Positions 47,889 to 58,522 of a DNA stretch of 64,000 bases are shown here, in pieces. Source of the stretch: Candidatus Latescibacterota bacterium (GTDB lineage Bacteria; Latescibacterota; UBA2968); contig OZ220741.1 in the NCBI GenBank assembly GCA_965116885.1, positions 544,001 to 608,000 of the forward strand. The letters are read 5' to 3'. Made by a program: the position numbers and the translations under genes. Every line of letters begins with the position of its first letter. The stretch's first letter is position 1. The notes under the pieces are model-generated. The model was not told the origin of the DNA. It made no database searches and saw only the letters and a program-made list of their open reading frames with translations.

Positions 47889-49058
47889 TTACGCCTCCCA
47901 AATCAGCGCCAGCGCGCCCGTATAGCTATGCACAAAATTGCGCCCGCCCACAGGAGCCAACTCTGAATTGCCAAAAAAGCCAGCCATCGGAAAAGCGCCC
48001 AGATGTTTTCGAATCACCAGAACATCGTGATCGGGCTGTCCGTAAAGCCCAAATCCGCGTCCCATACAGTTAAAATACAAACCACATGTATTGGACGGGC
48101 GCCCGACAGACTGCCGCAACTCCTGCATCACCTTCACCATATCTTCATGCCCTGCCTGGGGCGTGCGCCGATTAAATTGAATGGTCTGTCCCACAGACAC
48201 CTGTTCATTAACCGCAATCGCGCCCGACTGCTCGTCGATATGCGTCAAACTGCGAATTAAAAAATCGCCTCGCCCCCGTTCAATTGCGTATTCATCCATC
48301 GCCAGACCCACGAAAATATTGTAGCGCAAATCGGCCTTTTCCTCTGCCGAAAGCGTATTGAGCGCCTCCTTCAGCGCATCCACAGCCGGAACAAATGCAA
48401 TCTGCTGAATTACATTGCCCTCGGCTCTGGTAATCGCATAAGCCTGTCCAAACGGTTGGCAACCTTGTGCCACCCCCGTAGCCACCTTTACCCCGGACAG
48501 CAACGCCCCCACCACGCCGTGTTCACCAATCCACCGTCCACACCATTGCAATGTCTGCGGCGACGCCGATCCCCACGGATTGCCCGATGCGACGCCCCCC
48601 ACAATGGGCACATCGCCAGCCATCTCGGCAATCTGTTCCAGACAAATCGCCGGATTGGAGTAAATCCCACACATAAGCACCAGCAACGCATCCTCTGTTC
48701 CCTGGGCTGCCACGCGCTCGCCAATCATAACCCCGGCATCGGCACCCTCTGCCACAAGAGGTGTCACCTCGAGATGATCTCCGCCCAAAACCAGCACCGC
48801 CACCCCAGGCTCGCGATCATTTTCTCGGGCATCTGTCAAAACCCCCATGCCACTACATCCAAACACAGCCTCTGTCTCCACCCGATCAATAACAACATCC
48901 ACCATAGCAGCCGCATCGCCCATGTGGTGATAGGTCAAAAAAAGAAACGCAGCATCAATCGCAACATCGCCCAGCCCCTTCATAGCTTCTGACAAAGCGG
49001 CCTCAACAGCGTACATGCCCTCGGCTTCATTTGAATGTCCAGCCCCGGATCGCAACAT
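47889..49058 (-). CDS. FIST domain protein
   Basis: GCSGMGV, VGGVASG, VAQGCQP, CMGRG..LYG, GFFGNSE. Confidence 0.88.
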   Translation of the reverse strand: MLRSGAGHSNEAEGMYAVEAALSEAMKGLGDVAIDAAFLFLTYHHMGDAAAMVDVVIDRVETEAVFGCSGMGVLTDARENDREPGVAVLVLGGDHLEVTPLVAEGADAGVMIGERVAAQGTEDALLVLMCGIYSNPAICLEQIAEMAGDVPIVGGVASGNPWGSASPQTLQWCGRWIGEHGVVGALLSGVKVATGVAQGCQPFGQAYAITRAEGNVIQQIAFVPAVDALKEALNTLSAEEKADLRYNIFVGLAMDEYAIERGRGDFLIRSLTHIDEQSGAIAVNEQVSVGQTIQFNRRTPQAGHEDMVKVMQELRQSVGRPSNTCGLYFNCMGRGFGLYGQPDHDVLVIRKHLGAFPMAGFFGNSELAPVGGRNFVHSYTGALALIWEA

Positions 49059-49077
49059 ATCTTCTCCATAAGAAGCG

Positions 49078-49143
49078 CGAATAGACGAATAGACGAACCC
49101 CGCCCCACCACCTAACGGGCGGGCACAGGGGCACCGCCCCTAC
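49078..49143 (+). repeat. REP-like element, copy 4, with a (CGAATAGA)n leader
   Basis: Identical core at 49117-49143. Confidence 0.85.
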
Positions 49144-49378
49144 ATTGATGAACTGGCCTGACACCAGTTGTACCCCGTTCCGCTGATTCTCAATATAGAG
49201 GCAAAAAACCGCAGATCAAACAATTTCCGAACCGACCTTTTTTAGCAAACGTATTGGATTTGCTCTCCTTGCTTTATTATTAGAACAATACTTGCCACAC
49301 CCATGTAAATACCTTATATTAAATTGCTCTAAAATTATAGCTCTAAACCCCTCTAAAATCACCCCAAGAGCCTTCCCA

Positions 49379-49846
49379 ATGAATCTGAATTACAGCCTCC
49401 ACAACGACACAGTAAAACACGTTGATCTCTCCTTTTACGTCGAAGTACAAAAAGACAATTCCGTTGATCAGGTCATCACCAAAATGCAGACCAGCCAGCG
49501 CAAATGCGCGCTGGTCATGGACCAGGGCAAACTAATCGGCATCTTTACAGCACACGATATTGCCCGCCGCGTAATCGACCAATCCAAAGTACTCAACGAG
49601 CCTATAGAAGCGATCATGACCCCCGATCCACTCACTCTGCAATCGGATACCACACTGATCGAAGCCATCCGATTTATGAGCGACAAGCCCCACCGCTACA
49701 TGCCCGTTGTAGATGCAGAAGGGCGCGTATTGGGCACACTGACACACTATGCCATCATCAAATACATGAGCGATCACTTCCCAGAAGAAATCTACAACTT
49801 ACCGCCAACCCCCGACCATTTTGCCAGCGCTCGGGCTGGTGCCTAA
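49379..49846 (+). CDS. CBS-pair protein
   Basis: LIGIFTAHDI, IMTPDPLTL, RYMPVVDAEGRVLG. Confidence 0.85.
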   Translation: MNLNYSLHNDTVKHVDLSFYVEVQKDNSVDQVITKMQTSQRKCALVMDQGKLIGIFTAHDIARRVIDQSKVLNEPIEAIMTPDPLTLQSDTTLIEAIRFMSDKPHRYMPVVDAEGRVLGTLTHYAIIKYMSDHFPEEIYNLPPTPDHFASARAGA

Positions 49847-49864
49847 AATACTTCAGGAGGATTT

Positions 49865-51757
49865 ATGGCCGAAATAGACATCGAAGAAACGGCCGAATCG
49901 GCGCTTTTTGAACTGTCCGAAATCGAATCGATTGCCATTCGCTTTGCAGGTGATTCCGGCGACGGCAGTCAGCTCATCGGCAACGAATTTGCCAACACCT
50001 CGGCAATCGTCGGCAATGACATCAGTACCCTGCCGGACTTCCCCGCTGAAATCCGCGCACCTGCCGGCACATTGCCCGGCGTTAGCGGGTTTCAAATCCA
50101 CATATCCAGCGAAGAAATATATACGCCCGGCGATGAACCCCAGGTCCTCGTGGCGATGAACCCGGCAGCACTCAAAGCCAATATCAACGACCTTCCAAAC
50201 GGCGGCATCGTCATTGCCAACACAGACAACTTCACGCGCAACAACCTGCGCAAAGCCGGATACGACGGCGATCCCCTCGAAGGCAATGAACTCTCCAATT
50301 ACCGCGTAGTCAAAGTTCCCCTCACCACGCTGCACAAAGAAGCTGTCGCACACGTTGAGGGCCTGAGCAATCGCCAGATTGACATGATGAAAAACTTCTT
50401 CGCACTGGGCCTGTCCTACTGGATATTTGACCGCCCGATCGAGCCGACCATTCGCATGCTCGAAAAGAAATTTCAGGGCAAAGACGAAATCATCGACGGC
50501 AATGTGAGCACCCTGAAAGCCGGCTACAACTTTGGTGAAACAGTCGAAGAATTTCAGGTTCAGTACCAGGTTAAAAAAGCCGTCGTCGCACCGGGCACTT
50601 ATCGCGCTGTCACGGGTACACAAGCCACGGCAATAGGCATGGTCACCGCCGCTCACAAAGCGGGCAAAACCCTCTTTTACGGCAGCTATCCCATCACGCC
50701 GGCCAGCGCAGTACTCGAGGAATTGGCCGCATTGAAAAATTTTGACGTGCGAACCTTCCAGGCAGAAGATGAAATTTCCGCACTGGGCTCGGGTATTGGT
50801 GCTGCTTTTGGAGGCGCATTTGCCGCCACGGGCACCAGCGGCCCCGGCATCGCACTGAAAAGCGAAGCCATGAACCTCGCCCTGATGATGGAATTGCCCC
50901 TCGTCATCTGCGACTTTCAGCGCGGCGGTCCCAGCACGGGTATGCCCACCAAAACAGAGCAATCGGACCTGCTCCAATGCATGTTTGGTCGCAATGGCGA
51001 CAGCCCCATCCCCATTGTCTCACCGGCCACGCCCTCAGACTGCTTTGACATGATCATCGAAGCGTTTCGCATCGCCGTTGAAACCATGAGCCCGGTCATT
51101 TTCCTCTCCGATGGATACCTCAACACCAGCGCTGAACCGTGGAAAATTCCCGATCCGGATGATATTCCGACCATTTCAGTCGAGCACAGAACCGATCCCG
51201 AGGGCTTCTTGCCCTATCTGCGAGATCCAAAAACGCTATCTCGTCCCTGGGTACTGCCGGGCACGCCGGGCCTTGAACACAGATTGGGTGGACTGGGCAA
51301 AGAAGACGGCACAGGCAATGTATCCTACGACCCGGATGACAACCAGCACATGGCCAACATACGCGCCGAACGCCTGGCACGCATCGCCGACCGCATTCCA
51401 CTCCAGCACGTCATGGGTCCCAAATCGGGCGATTTGCTCGTCCTGGGCTGGGGATGTACTTATGGCTCAATCCGCTCAGCAGTGCGTAGAATGCGACAGC
51501 AAGGCTATTCGGTAGCCGCGGCGCATCTGCGCTACCTCAACCCATTCCCCAAAAACCTGGGCGCGATATTATCGAGTTACAAAACCGTACTCGTTCCCGA
51601 ACTCAACATGGGACAGTTGTCTTTGCTGCTTCAGGCCAAATATCCCTCACAGGTCATCGTTCCCTTCAATAAAGTTCAGGGATTGCCCTTCAAAATTACA
51701 GAAATCTCCGGCAAAATTGCCGAAATACTGGGTGCTCCAAAGAGCGCATCGTTATAG
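49865..51757 (+). CDS. korA: 2-oxoacid:ferredoxin oxidoreductase alpha subunit
   Basis: RFAGDSGDG, YPITP, QAEDE, TSGPG, QRGGPSTGMPTKTEQSD. Confidence 0.92.
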   Translation: MAEIDIEETAESALFELSEIESIAIRFAGDSGDGSQLIGNEFANTSAIVGNDISTLPDFPAEIRAPAGTLPGVSGFQIHISSEEIYTPGDEPQVLVAMNPAALKANINDLPNGGIVIANTDNFTRNNLRKAGYDGDPLEGNELSNYRVVKVPLTTLHKEAVAHVEGLSNRQIDMMKNFFALGLSYWIFDRPIEPTIRMLEKKFQGKDEIIDGNVSTLKAGYNFGETVEEFQVQYQVKKAVVAPGTYRAVTGTQATAIGMVTAAHKAGKTLFYGSYPITPASAVLEELAALKNFDVRTFQAEDEISALGSGIGAAFGGAFAATGTSGPGIALKSEAMNLALMMELPLVICDFQRGGPSTGMPTKTEQSDLLQCMFGRNGDSPIPIVSPATPSDCFDMIIEAFRIAVETMSPVIFLSDGYLNTSAEPWKIPDPDDIPTISVEHRTDPEGFLPYLRDPKTLSRPWVLPGTPGLEHRLGGLGKEDGTGNVSYDPDDNQHMANIRAERLARIADRIPLQHVMGPKSGDLLVLGWGCTYGSIRSAVRRMRQQGYSVAAAHLRYLNPFPKNLGAILSSYKTVLVPELNMGQLSLLLQAKYPSQVIVPFNKVQGLPFKITEISGKIAEILGAPKSASL

Positions 51758-51769
51758 AGGAATCCAAAC

Positions 51770-53311
51770 ATGGCAGACGCTATTGAAACACTGACGCGAA
51801 AAGACTTCGTATCCGACCAGGAAGTGCGCTGGTGCCCCGGTTGTGGCGATTACGCCATCCTCGCACAGATGCAGCGCGTGTTGCCCGAAATGGGCATTGC
51901 GCGAGAAGATATGGTCTTTATATCGGGCATCGGTTGCTCCAGCCGCTTCCCCTATTACATGAACACGTACGGTCTGCACACCATTCACGGTCGTGCGGCA
52001 ACCGTGGCGACTGGCCTCAAAGTGGCCAATCCCGACCTCCACGTATGGGTAATAACCGGCGATGGCGACAGCCTATCCATTGGCGGCAATCACCTGTTGC
52101 ATGTGCTGCGTCGCAATGTCGATCTCAACATCATACTCTTCAACAATGCGATCTACGGCCTCACCAAAGGACAATACTCACCCACATCGCCACCGGGCAC
52201 GCGCACCTATTCGTCGCCCATGGGCTCTGTGGAACAGGACTTCAATGCCATCTCCGTTGCCCTGGCAGCCGAAGCCACCTTTGTCGCCCGCAGTGTTGAC
52301 CGCAACACCAAGCACATGGCCGAGATTCTCAAACGCGCCACAGAACATCGGGGCACATCCTTTGTCGAAATTTACCAGAACTGCAACATCTACAACGACG
52401 GTGCCTGGTTTTTTGCCACCGAGGCAGATGTCAAAGACGATCAAACCGTGATCCTCGAACACGGCCAACCCATCATTTTTGGCAAAGACCGCGACAAAGG
52501 CATCCGCGTCAATGGACTCGCGCCCGAAGTCGTCACCCTGGGCAATGGCGTTTCGGAAAGTGACTTGCTCACACACGACGAAACCCTGGACAATCCAGCC
52601 CATGCGTATTTGCTCAGCCGCCTCACACATCCGGAATATCCCGTACCATTCGGCGTATTTCGCTGTGTCGAACGTCCAATTTACGAAGAGCAAATCATCG
52701 CACAGGGCCGCCAGGCAGTTGAAGACCGCGGCGCAGGCGACCTCAATGCACTGTATCACGCGGCAGACACCTGGATTGTTCCCGAAGGTCCCGACGCCGA
52801 AACCGTGCAAGAAGTCCACGAAGAATTGCCCACATCAAATATCATTCCCGATATCGATCAAGAAGACCCCATGGCACCGCGCACCGCGCTTCAGCAACTG
52901 CTCTACGATCCGATCTCATCGCTCGATCTGCCAGCACCCGAATGCGTATCCGCCGAGACCTCGGTAGCCGATGCCGTCGAGATCATGCGCAGCAAAAATC
53001 TGGGATGTTTGCTGGTCGTTAACAAACAGGGCTTGTTGCGCGGCATATTCGCACAGGGCGATCTCTTTGAAAAAGTTGCCGGGCGCGATATAGACCTGAC
53101 AAAAATAACGGTCGATAGCCTGATGACCAAAGATCCCACTGCATTGAAAACATCTGATCCCATCGGTCATCTCCTGCACCTGATGTCTCTGCACGGCTTC
53201 CGCCACATACCCATTGTAGATCCCGATGGGCGTCCCGTGGGCCTGGCATCCTTCAAAGTCATGCTCAAGTTCACCGGCGGCCTCTTCTCAGAAGACATAT
53301 CCCCCAACTAA
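51770..53311 (+). CDS. korB: 2-oxoacid:ferredoxin oxidoreductase beta subunit fused to a C-terminal CBS pair
   Basis: WCPGCGD, SGIGCS, GDGD...NN (TPP motif); then an acidic linker and CBS motifs (LRGIF, LMTKDP, FRHIPIVD). Confidence 0.9.
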   Translation: MADAIETLTRKDFVSDQEVRWCPGCGDYAILAQMQRVLPEMGIAREDMVFISGIGCSSRFPYYMNTYGLHTIHGRAATVATGLKVANPDLHVWVITGDGDSLSIGGNHLLHVLRRNVDLNIILFNNAIYGLTKGQYSPTSPPGTRTYSSPMGSVEQDFNAISVALAAEATFVARSVDRNTKHMAEILKRATEHRGTSFVEIYQNCNIYNDGAWFFATEADVKDDQTVILEHGQPIIFGKDRDKGIRVNGLAPEVVTLGNGVSESDLLTHDETLDNPAHAYLLSRLTHPEYPVPFGVFRCVERPIYEEQIIAQGRQAVEDRGAGDLNALYHAADTWIVPEGPDAETVQEVHEELPTSNIIPDIDQEDPMAPRTALQQLLYDPISSLDLPAPECVSAETSVADAVEIMRSKNLGCLLVVNKQGLLRGIFAQGDLFEKVAGRDIDLTKITVDSLMTKDPTALKTSDPIGHLLHLMSLHGFRHIPIVDPDGRPVGLASFKVMLKFTGGLFSEDISPN

Positions 53312-53332
53312 CGCGCGTCAACATCACAGCGC

Positions 53333-53369
53333 AAAAAGAGTCCGCAAGCACCTCGCGGACTCTTTTTTT
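53333..53369 (+). terminator. Rho-independent terminator
   Basis: AAAAAGAGTCCGC...GCGGACTCTTTTTTT. Confidence 0.85.
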
Positions 53370-53386
53370 ATGAAGGAGAGCACGTC

Positions 53387-54194
53387 GTGAGCACCGCTGC
53401 CGAACGCGACTATCTGTACAAATGACGAGGAACTGCGCCGCCTGCAAGCACAACACAATACATGGCGGGCCGAGACCACAGACTTGTGGGACCGCGTCGG
53501 TTTTCGCGCTGGGCAAACGATTCTCGACCTCGGTTGTGGCCCTGGCTCTACGAGTTTAGAACTGGGCGAGCGCGTGGGCGCGGGTGGGCGCGTTCTGGCC
53601 GTGGATGGATCAAAAAAATTCGCAGATATACTCCGACACCGCGCTACATCAGCCAGTATGACGCAAATCGAGGTCGTCGTAGCGGATGTCCGCACCCTTG
53701 ACCTGCCAGCCGCTTCTATAGACGCTGCGTTCGCTCGTTGGCTACTCTGCTTCATAGAAGAGCCACAAAAAGTAATTGAGCAGGTGGCCCGTACGCTTAA
53801 AAAGGGCGGACGCCTGCTCGTTATGGATTACTGCGCTTATGGCGCATTTGTCGCCCAGATCGAATATCCCCACTTGCGGCGCGTGCTGCAGGCGGTACAC
53901 AGGAGCTTCGGCGACGGGCTCGAAATCGGCGATAAGCTACCGCAACTCCTGGAACGTTGTGGCCTGGCGGTCGTGGAGATCGTTCCTATCAGCGGCATTG
54001 CCCGCCCGGGCAACCGCATCTGGTGCTGGATAGAAGATTTCTTGCGCATGTATTTGCCCGAACTCGTGGCACGCGGCGCATTGCGCGAAGAAGATTGCGC
54101 GGCGCATTGGGAAGAATGGCAAACAAATGCCCGCGATCCACAAACCACTATTTCATCGCCATCAATGACCGGCGTAATTGGCGTCAAGGTCTAA
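53387..54194 (+). pseudogene. Class I SAM methyltransferase with an apparent frameshift near codon 10
   Basis: ILDLGCGPG motif. The RBS plus GTG at 53387 (MSTAAERDYL) is out of frame with TNDEELRRL.. from 53418. Confidence 0.65.
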
Positions 54195-54207
54195 GTTTGG
54201 AGGAAAA

Positions 54208-55182
54208 ATGAACGACATTCGCATTGGCATCATCGGCTCAGGCGGTATGGCGAGCCGCCACGCCCAGAGTTTCTCTCAAACAGACGGCTTTGAACTCATT
54301 GCCATTGCTGCGCGAAACACAGAAACCGGGCCAGCACTCGCCAACAAATACGCCGTAGATTACTTACCGACCTATCGGGACATACTCAAACGCGACGACA
54401 TCGACGCCATTGCGATATGCACCTACAACAATACCCACAGTGAAATCGCCCTTGCCGCGCTCGATGCAAACAAACACGTTTTTACCGAATATCCCGCAAC
54501 GCGCAATAGCGATGAAGCGCGGCAACTACTTTCCAGAATCGACCAGTCGTCCCACGTCCTCCGCGTGGGACACAACGAAGTACTCTCACCCTCTCACCGG
54601 GCACTAAAACGACAAACAGCCCAAACGGGAAATCTCATAACCGCACTATTCACCCGCCTCACCCCGGGCCGAGGTCAACGCCCTGAAATCCTCTTTAATA
54701 TTTCCATATCGGGTCCACCAGCCCTCTTTTTTGTCTATAACATCTATCCACTCGTCGATTGTTTTGGTCCCGCCACCTGGGTTGAAGCCGCTGCCCACTA
54801 TGAAAATCTGCGCCATGACAGCACCTATGATAGCTTTGCAAATTCCGTCACAGTCGGTTTTGAAAACGGCGGTATTGGGCAGTGGAACTGGACCGGTGGC
54901 ATTGAAATTTCTCAGGCCGAAGAATACCGTCACATCGTCATGACAGACGGGACGCTCATCAACAGAGGCGATGGCTGGCACCTATCGACAAAATCGGGCG
55001 AACGCGACCTGCCCGCAGCCGAACCATCGGACATCACAATCCAAACCCAATTCCTCAACGACATCCACAATGGCAACTGGCAAACCGACGCCCGCACGGC
55101 CCTCAACGCCGCGCTGATCGGTCTCGCAGCCGAACGATCAATGCAAGAAAATCGCCGCATAACCCTATCAGAACTTCTGTAA
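54208..55182 (+). CDS. Gfo/Idh/MocA oxidoreductase
   Basis: IRIGIIGSGGMA, KHVFTEYP; GGAGG RBS before 54208. Confidence 0.85.
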   Translation: MNDIRIGIIGSGGMASRHAQSFSQTDGFELIAIAARNTETGPALANKYAVDYLPTYRDILKRDDIDAIAICTYNNTHSEIALAALDANKHVFTEYPATRNSDEARQLLSRIDQSSHVLRVGHNEVLSPSHRALKRQTAQTGNLITALFTRLTPGRGQRPEILFNISISGPPALFFVYNIYPLVDCFGPATWVEAAAHYENLRHDSTYDSFANSVTVGFENGGIGQWNWTGGIEISQAEEYRHIVMTDGTLINRGDGWHLSTKSGERDLPAAEPSDITIQTQFLNDIHNGNWQTDARTALNAALIGLAAERSMQENRRITLSELL

Positions 55183-55266
55183 AAGCACAAAATATGCGTG
55201 ACAGTTTGCGTTACTTCGCGTATCATAAAAGCCTAAATACCTTCTCCACAACTTTGAGAAAAAACA

Positions 55267-56133
55267 ATGACCCAAACCATTTCCTTACGCGACCTGGACT
55301 TCCAGTCCAAAGACATCGACATACAACGTGCAGCCGAGGCATTCAAAGCGCATGGCGCGATAGTCGTGCGGGGATTGCTCCGCGAATACATCGACGCGCT
55401 TAACCGCGACATCGAAGCCACAGCCACGCAATCTCTCGCCCTCCTCGATCAAGCCAGCGCAATACCCGAAGGATGGCGCACGCCCAACAACACCCTCTTC
55501 ATACCCGCGCCTGAAAATTACGAACGCGACCGACAAATCATGGTCCTGGGCATCAACTACAACACCAGCGCCACCTTCTTGCGCTCGGCATTTCACCCCC
55601 CCACCCTCGACATCGTCGAAGCCATCCTCGGCCCCAACATCGAAATCTACGGCAACGGGCAATGCCTCTACAAAGAACCCGTCGGAGGCCACCCCAAACA
55701 CCTGCATCAGGACTCGGCCTATTTCGAACACCGGTACGAAGGACCCGTTGGCATCCTCACCTACGTCGTCCCCACCGACCTCAACAACGGTGCCCTCCAC
55801 GTCGTCCCCGGCTCTCACAAACTGGGGCAACTCGACCACATCGACACCTTCTCGCACCTGGGACTCGCAGACCGCGAATGGCCCTGGGAGCGTGCCCTCC
55901 CAATACCCGGTCAACCCGGTGACGCCATCTTCTTCCACGTCAAAACCGTTCACGGCTCCAAACAGAACCACTCGAACAAACCCCGCCCCGTCTTCATACA
56001 CCGCTACCGCAGAGCAGATGACTATGTCGTCATACGCGGCACCACCACAAAAAACCGCGCAGAATCGTCAAAGCGTCCGGTGGAAATAAAAAAAGAAAAT
56101 GGATTTATGGTGCGCGGCTTTCGGCCATATTAA
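55267..56133 (+). CDS. Phytanoyl-CoA dioxygenase (PhyH) family
   Basis: HQD, NGALHVVPGSH, GDAIFFH...HGS..N...R. Confidence 0.92.
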   Translation: MTQTISLRDLDFQSKDIDIQRAAEAFKAHGAIVVRGLLREYIDALNRDIEATATQSLALLDQASAIPEGWRTPNNTLFIPAPENYERDRQIMVLGINYNTSATFLRSAFHPPTLDIVEAILGPNIEIYGNGQCLYKEPVGGHPKHLHQDSAYFEHRYEGPVGILTYVVPTDLNNGALHVVPGSHKLGQLDHIDTFSHLGLADREWPWERALPIPGQPGDAIFFHVKTVHGSKQNHSNKPRPVFIHRYRRADDYVVIRGTTTKNRAESSKRPVEIKKENGFMVRGFRPY

Positions 56134-56242
56134 AAAAGCGCGGGACATAATCCCACGCTTTATCTTTCAAACAAAAGTCCCTTCACACCACACCCTTCCC
56201 CTCTTGTCTCTCGCCTTTCATCTGCGTTCATCTGCGGATAAA

Positions 56243-56343
56243 CATTAGCCTCCACCATCACCTCAACAGCCGCCAGATGCGCTGCAACGCGCACATCCAT
56301 CGGCTGTGCCGTCGGGCTTTCTGACGTCACCAAATGCCCGTAT
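56243..56343 (-). repeat. ~100-bp direct repeat of the 3' end of the M14 peptidase gene (second copy 59694-59795)
   Basis: Both copies encode GHLVTSESPTAQPMDVRVAAHL.AVEVMVEAN, with few substitutions. Confidence 0.9.
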
Positions 56344-56537
56344 TCCCACCCCGCGCTTCCGCTAATTCCTATCACGTTTACAAAACTTTTCGGACTTGAC
56401 TTTATTGCTTAATCTATATATCGTCCATAGTCTATATATCGTCTTTTATAGAGTCTGCTTATGCACGCCCTTCATCTATATAGGGCCACCGCAAGTTTTA
56501 AAAGATTTTTCGTCATAGTAGATATAGAAACACATAC

Positions 56538-58505
56538 ATGCTGAGATTTGCTGAAGAAATACTACTGCTCCTCCACGACGAAGACCGGGGCGATTTCGCA
56601 CCCGGTCTTGCACAGCACGCGTTGAATATCGCTCTTGCCGGGGCCGTATTGATGGATTTGGCCCTGGAAAACCGCATCGATACCGATCTCGAGCATCTCT
56701 TTTTGGCTGATGCCACGCCTCTTGAAGACGACCTGCTCGATCCCACCCTTGCCGACATCGCACGCGATACGGACACACGAGACACCAACTATTGGCTCGC
56801 ACAAACGACCAAACGGGGCGACGAAATCCGCGATAAAGCACTTACGCGTTTGGTCAACCGGGGCATATTGGAAGCTGAGTCCGAAGATATCTTTCTCCTC
56901 TCTCGCCTGGTGTCGCGCTCCCGCCGCTATCCAACCATTGATGGAAAAACATTAGAAGAAGTCCGGTTGCGCATTATGCGCGTACTGTTCACCGATGAAA
57001 TTCCGGACCCACGCGACATCGTCATTATCTGTCTGGCGGATGCCTGCGGCGTTTTCAAGAATATTTTATCCCAGTCAGAACTATCGGAGGTACAAGAACG
57101 GATCGAACTGATTCGCAAAATGGACCTGATCGGCCAATCGGTTACCAAAGCGATCCGCGAGCATGAGCCTCCTACCCCTGTCCCTACTCCACGCAAAGAG
57201 ATACCTCAGGCACCGGGGTTGCCGCTTATTGGCAACACCATCGGCATGACGCGCGATTTGGGCTCGCTTCTCGTCAAACAATACCGAAACTTAGGTCCGA
57301 TTTTTCGCATCAAGGCATTCAATCGCCGTTTCGTCGTCCTCGTAGGTCCCGAGGCGAATACCTTCGTAAAGCGAGGGGGTAAGTACCTGCGCACGCTTGA
57401 AAACTGGGTGGATTACAACAAAGCTGGGGGCGTCGGACGTAGCATAATCAGCATGGATGGTCCCGACCATATTCGCCTGCGCAAAGAACTGGCGGATGTG
57501 TACACCCACCGCCTCATTGAAGGTCGTGTGGGAGACGCTGTCCACGTTCTTCAACAAGATATCGCCGGATGGCCCCAGGACAAGCCGCTGCCGGGCTTAT
57601 ACACCTGGCAGCGCATCGTCTTAGATCAGATCGGTGTACTGGCTCTCAGCATGCCTGTACACGACTACTTAGACGACATTATGATTTATTTTCAAAGCAA
57701 GATGAAAACCTATGTCATGCGGCAGCAACCCAGGCTGATGTTATATCGACCACGCGTCCGGCGTGCCTTCAAGCGAGTGGAAGAACTGGCTCAGCGCATT
57801 CTGGCAGATCACGAACCAGAAAAACGCCGCAACAAGCCACCGGATGCCATTGACCATTTGCTGGAACTGCACCGCAGGGATCCGCAATTTCTTCCCGAGA
57901 CCGATTTAGACATGTTGGGACCTCTCTCGGCCGGTCTCGATACCGTGGCAAATATCTGTGCCTTCATGTTCTACGAATTATTGAAGCGACCGGATCTGCG
58001 CGAGCAGGTAATTGCTGAAGCAGACGCCCTCTTTGATCAGGGTATGCCTACCGTGAACGATCTGCGTCAACTCGACGTCCTGCACCGCACGACAATGGAA
58101 ATAATACGCCTCTATCCCCTTGCGCCAGTAATGTCATTGCGCACAGTAGCCAACTCATTTGAATTTGAGGGCTATAAGGTCCCCGCTGGCGAGACCCTTC
58201 TGATTGGATTCACAATACCGCACCGGATGCCGGAATATTTCCCCAATCCGGAGCGCTTCGATATCGACCGCTACACCGCAGAACGCGCTGAGCACCGCCA
58301 GCACGGGGTCTATGTCCCCTTCGGCTTAGGAGCGCATCGGTGCCCAGGCAACAGGCTCGCCGAGGTGCTCATTGCGCTCAACATGGCGACCGTCCTCCGC
58401 GAAGCCGAATTGGTTCTCCATCCGCCCGATTGCGAATTGAAGACCAAACGAAGCTATGCCCTCCTACCCAACTACAAGTTCCGCCTGGTGCGTCGGCACC
58501 GATAG
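56538..58505 (+). CDS. GPP34 (GOLPH3/Vps74-like) domain fused to cytochrome P450
   Basis: N-terminal AEEILLLL, LAGAVLMDLALENRI, LVNRGIL, RRYP; P450 motifs AGLDT, EIIR, PERF, FGLGAHRCPG. Confidence 0.85.
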   Translation: MLRFAEEILLLLHDEDRGDFAPGLAQHALNIALAGAVLMDLALENRIDTDLEHLFLADATPLEDDLLDPTLADIARDTDTRDTNYWLAQTTKRGDEIRDKALTRLVNRGILEAESEDIFLLSRLVSRSRRYPTIDGKTLEEVRLRIMRVLFTDEIPDPRDIVIICLADACGVFKNILSQSELSEVQERIELIRKMDLIGQSVTKAIREHEPPTPVPTPRKEIPQAPGLPLIGNTIGMTRDLGSLLVKQYRNLGPIFRIKAFNRRFVVLVGPEANTFVKRGGKYLRTLENWVDYNKAGGVGRSIISMDGPDHIRLRKELADVYTHRLIEGRVGDAVHVLQQDIAGWPQDKPLPGLYTWQRIVLDQIGVLALSMPVHDYLDDIMIYFQSKMKTYVMRQQPRLMLYRPRVRRAFKRVEELAQRILADHEPEKRRNKPPDAIDHLLELHRRDPQFLPETDLDMLGPLSAGLDTVANICAFMFYELLKRPDLREQVIAEADALFDQGMPTVNDLRQLDVLHRTTMEIIRLYPLAPVMSLRTVANSFEFEGYKVPAGETLLIGFTIPHRMPEYFPNPERFDIDRYTAERAEHRQHGVYVPFGLGAHRCPGNRLAEVLIALNMATVLREAELVLHPPDCELKTKRSYALLPNYKFRLVRRHR

Positions 58506-58522
58506 CGAAATGGAGTGTCAAA

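Noticed and set aside
53423..53425. Sec codon in the methyltransferase
   Set aside because: The protein continues in a different frame, so it is a frameshift rather than readthrough.
56160..56375. 71-aa gene
   Set aside because: It is the duplicated 3' fragment of the M14 peptidase running into a repeat.
58340..58522. Long N-terminal extensions in the ORF track (also 20811, 4837, 39800, 49292, 62338, 63358)
   Set aside because: They overlap neighbouring genes or repeats; downstream ATGs fit the RBS or family N-termini better.
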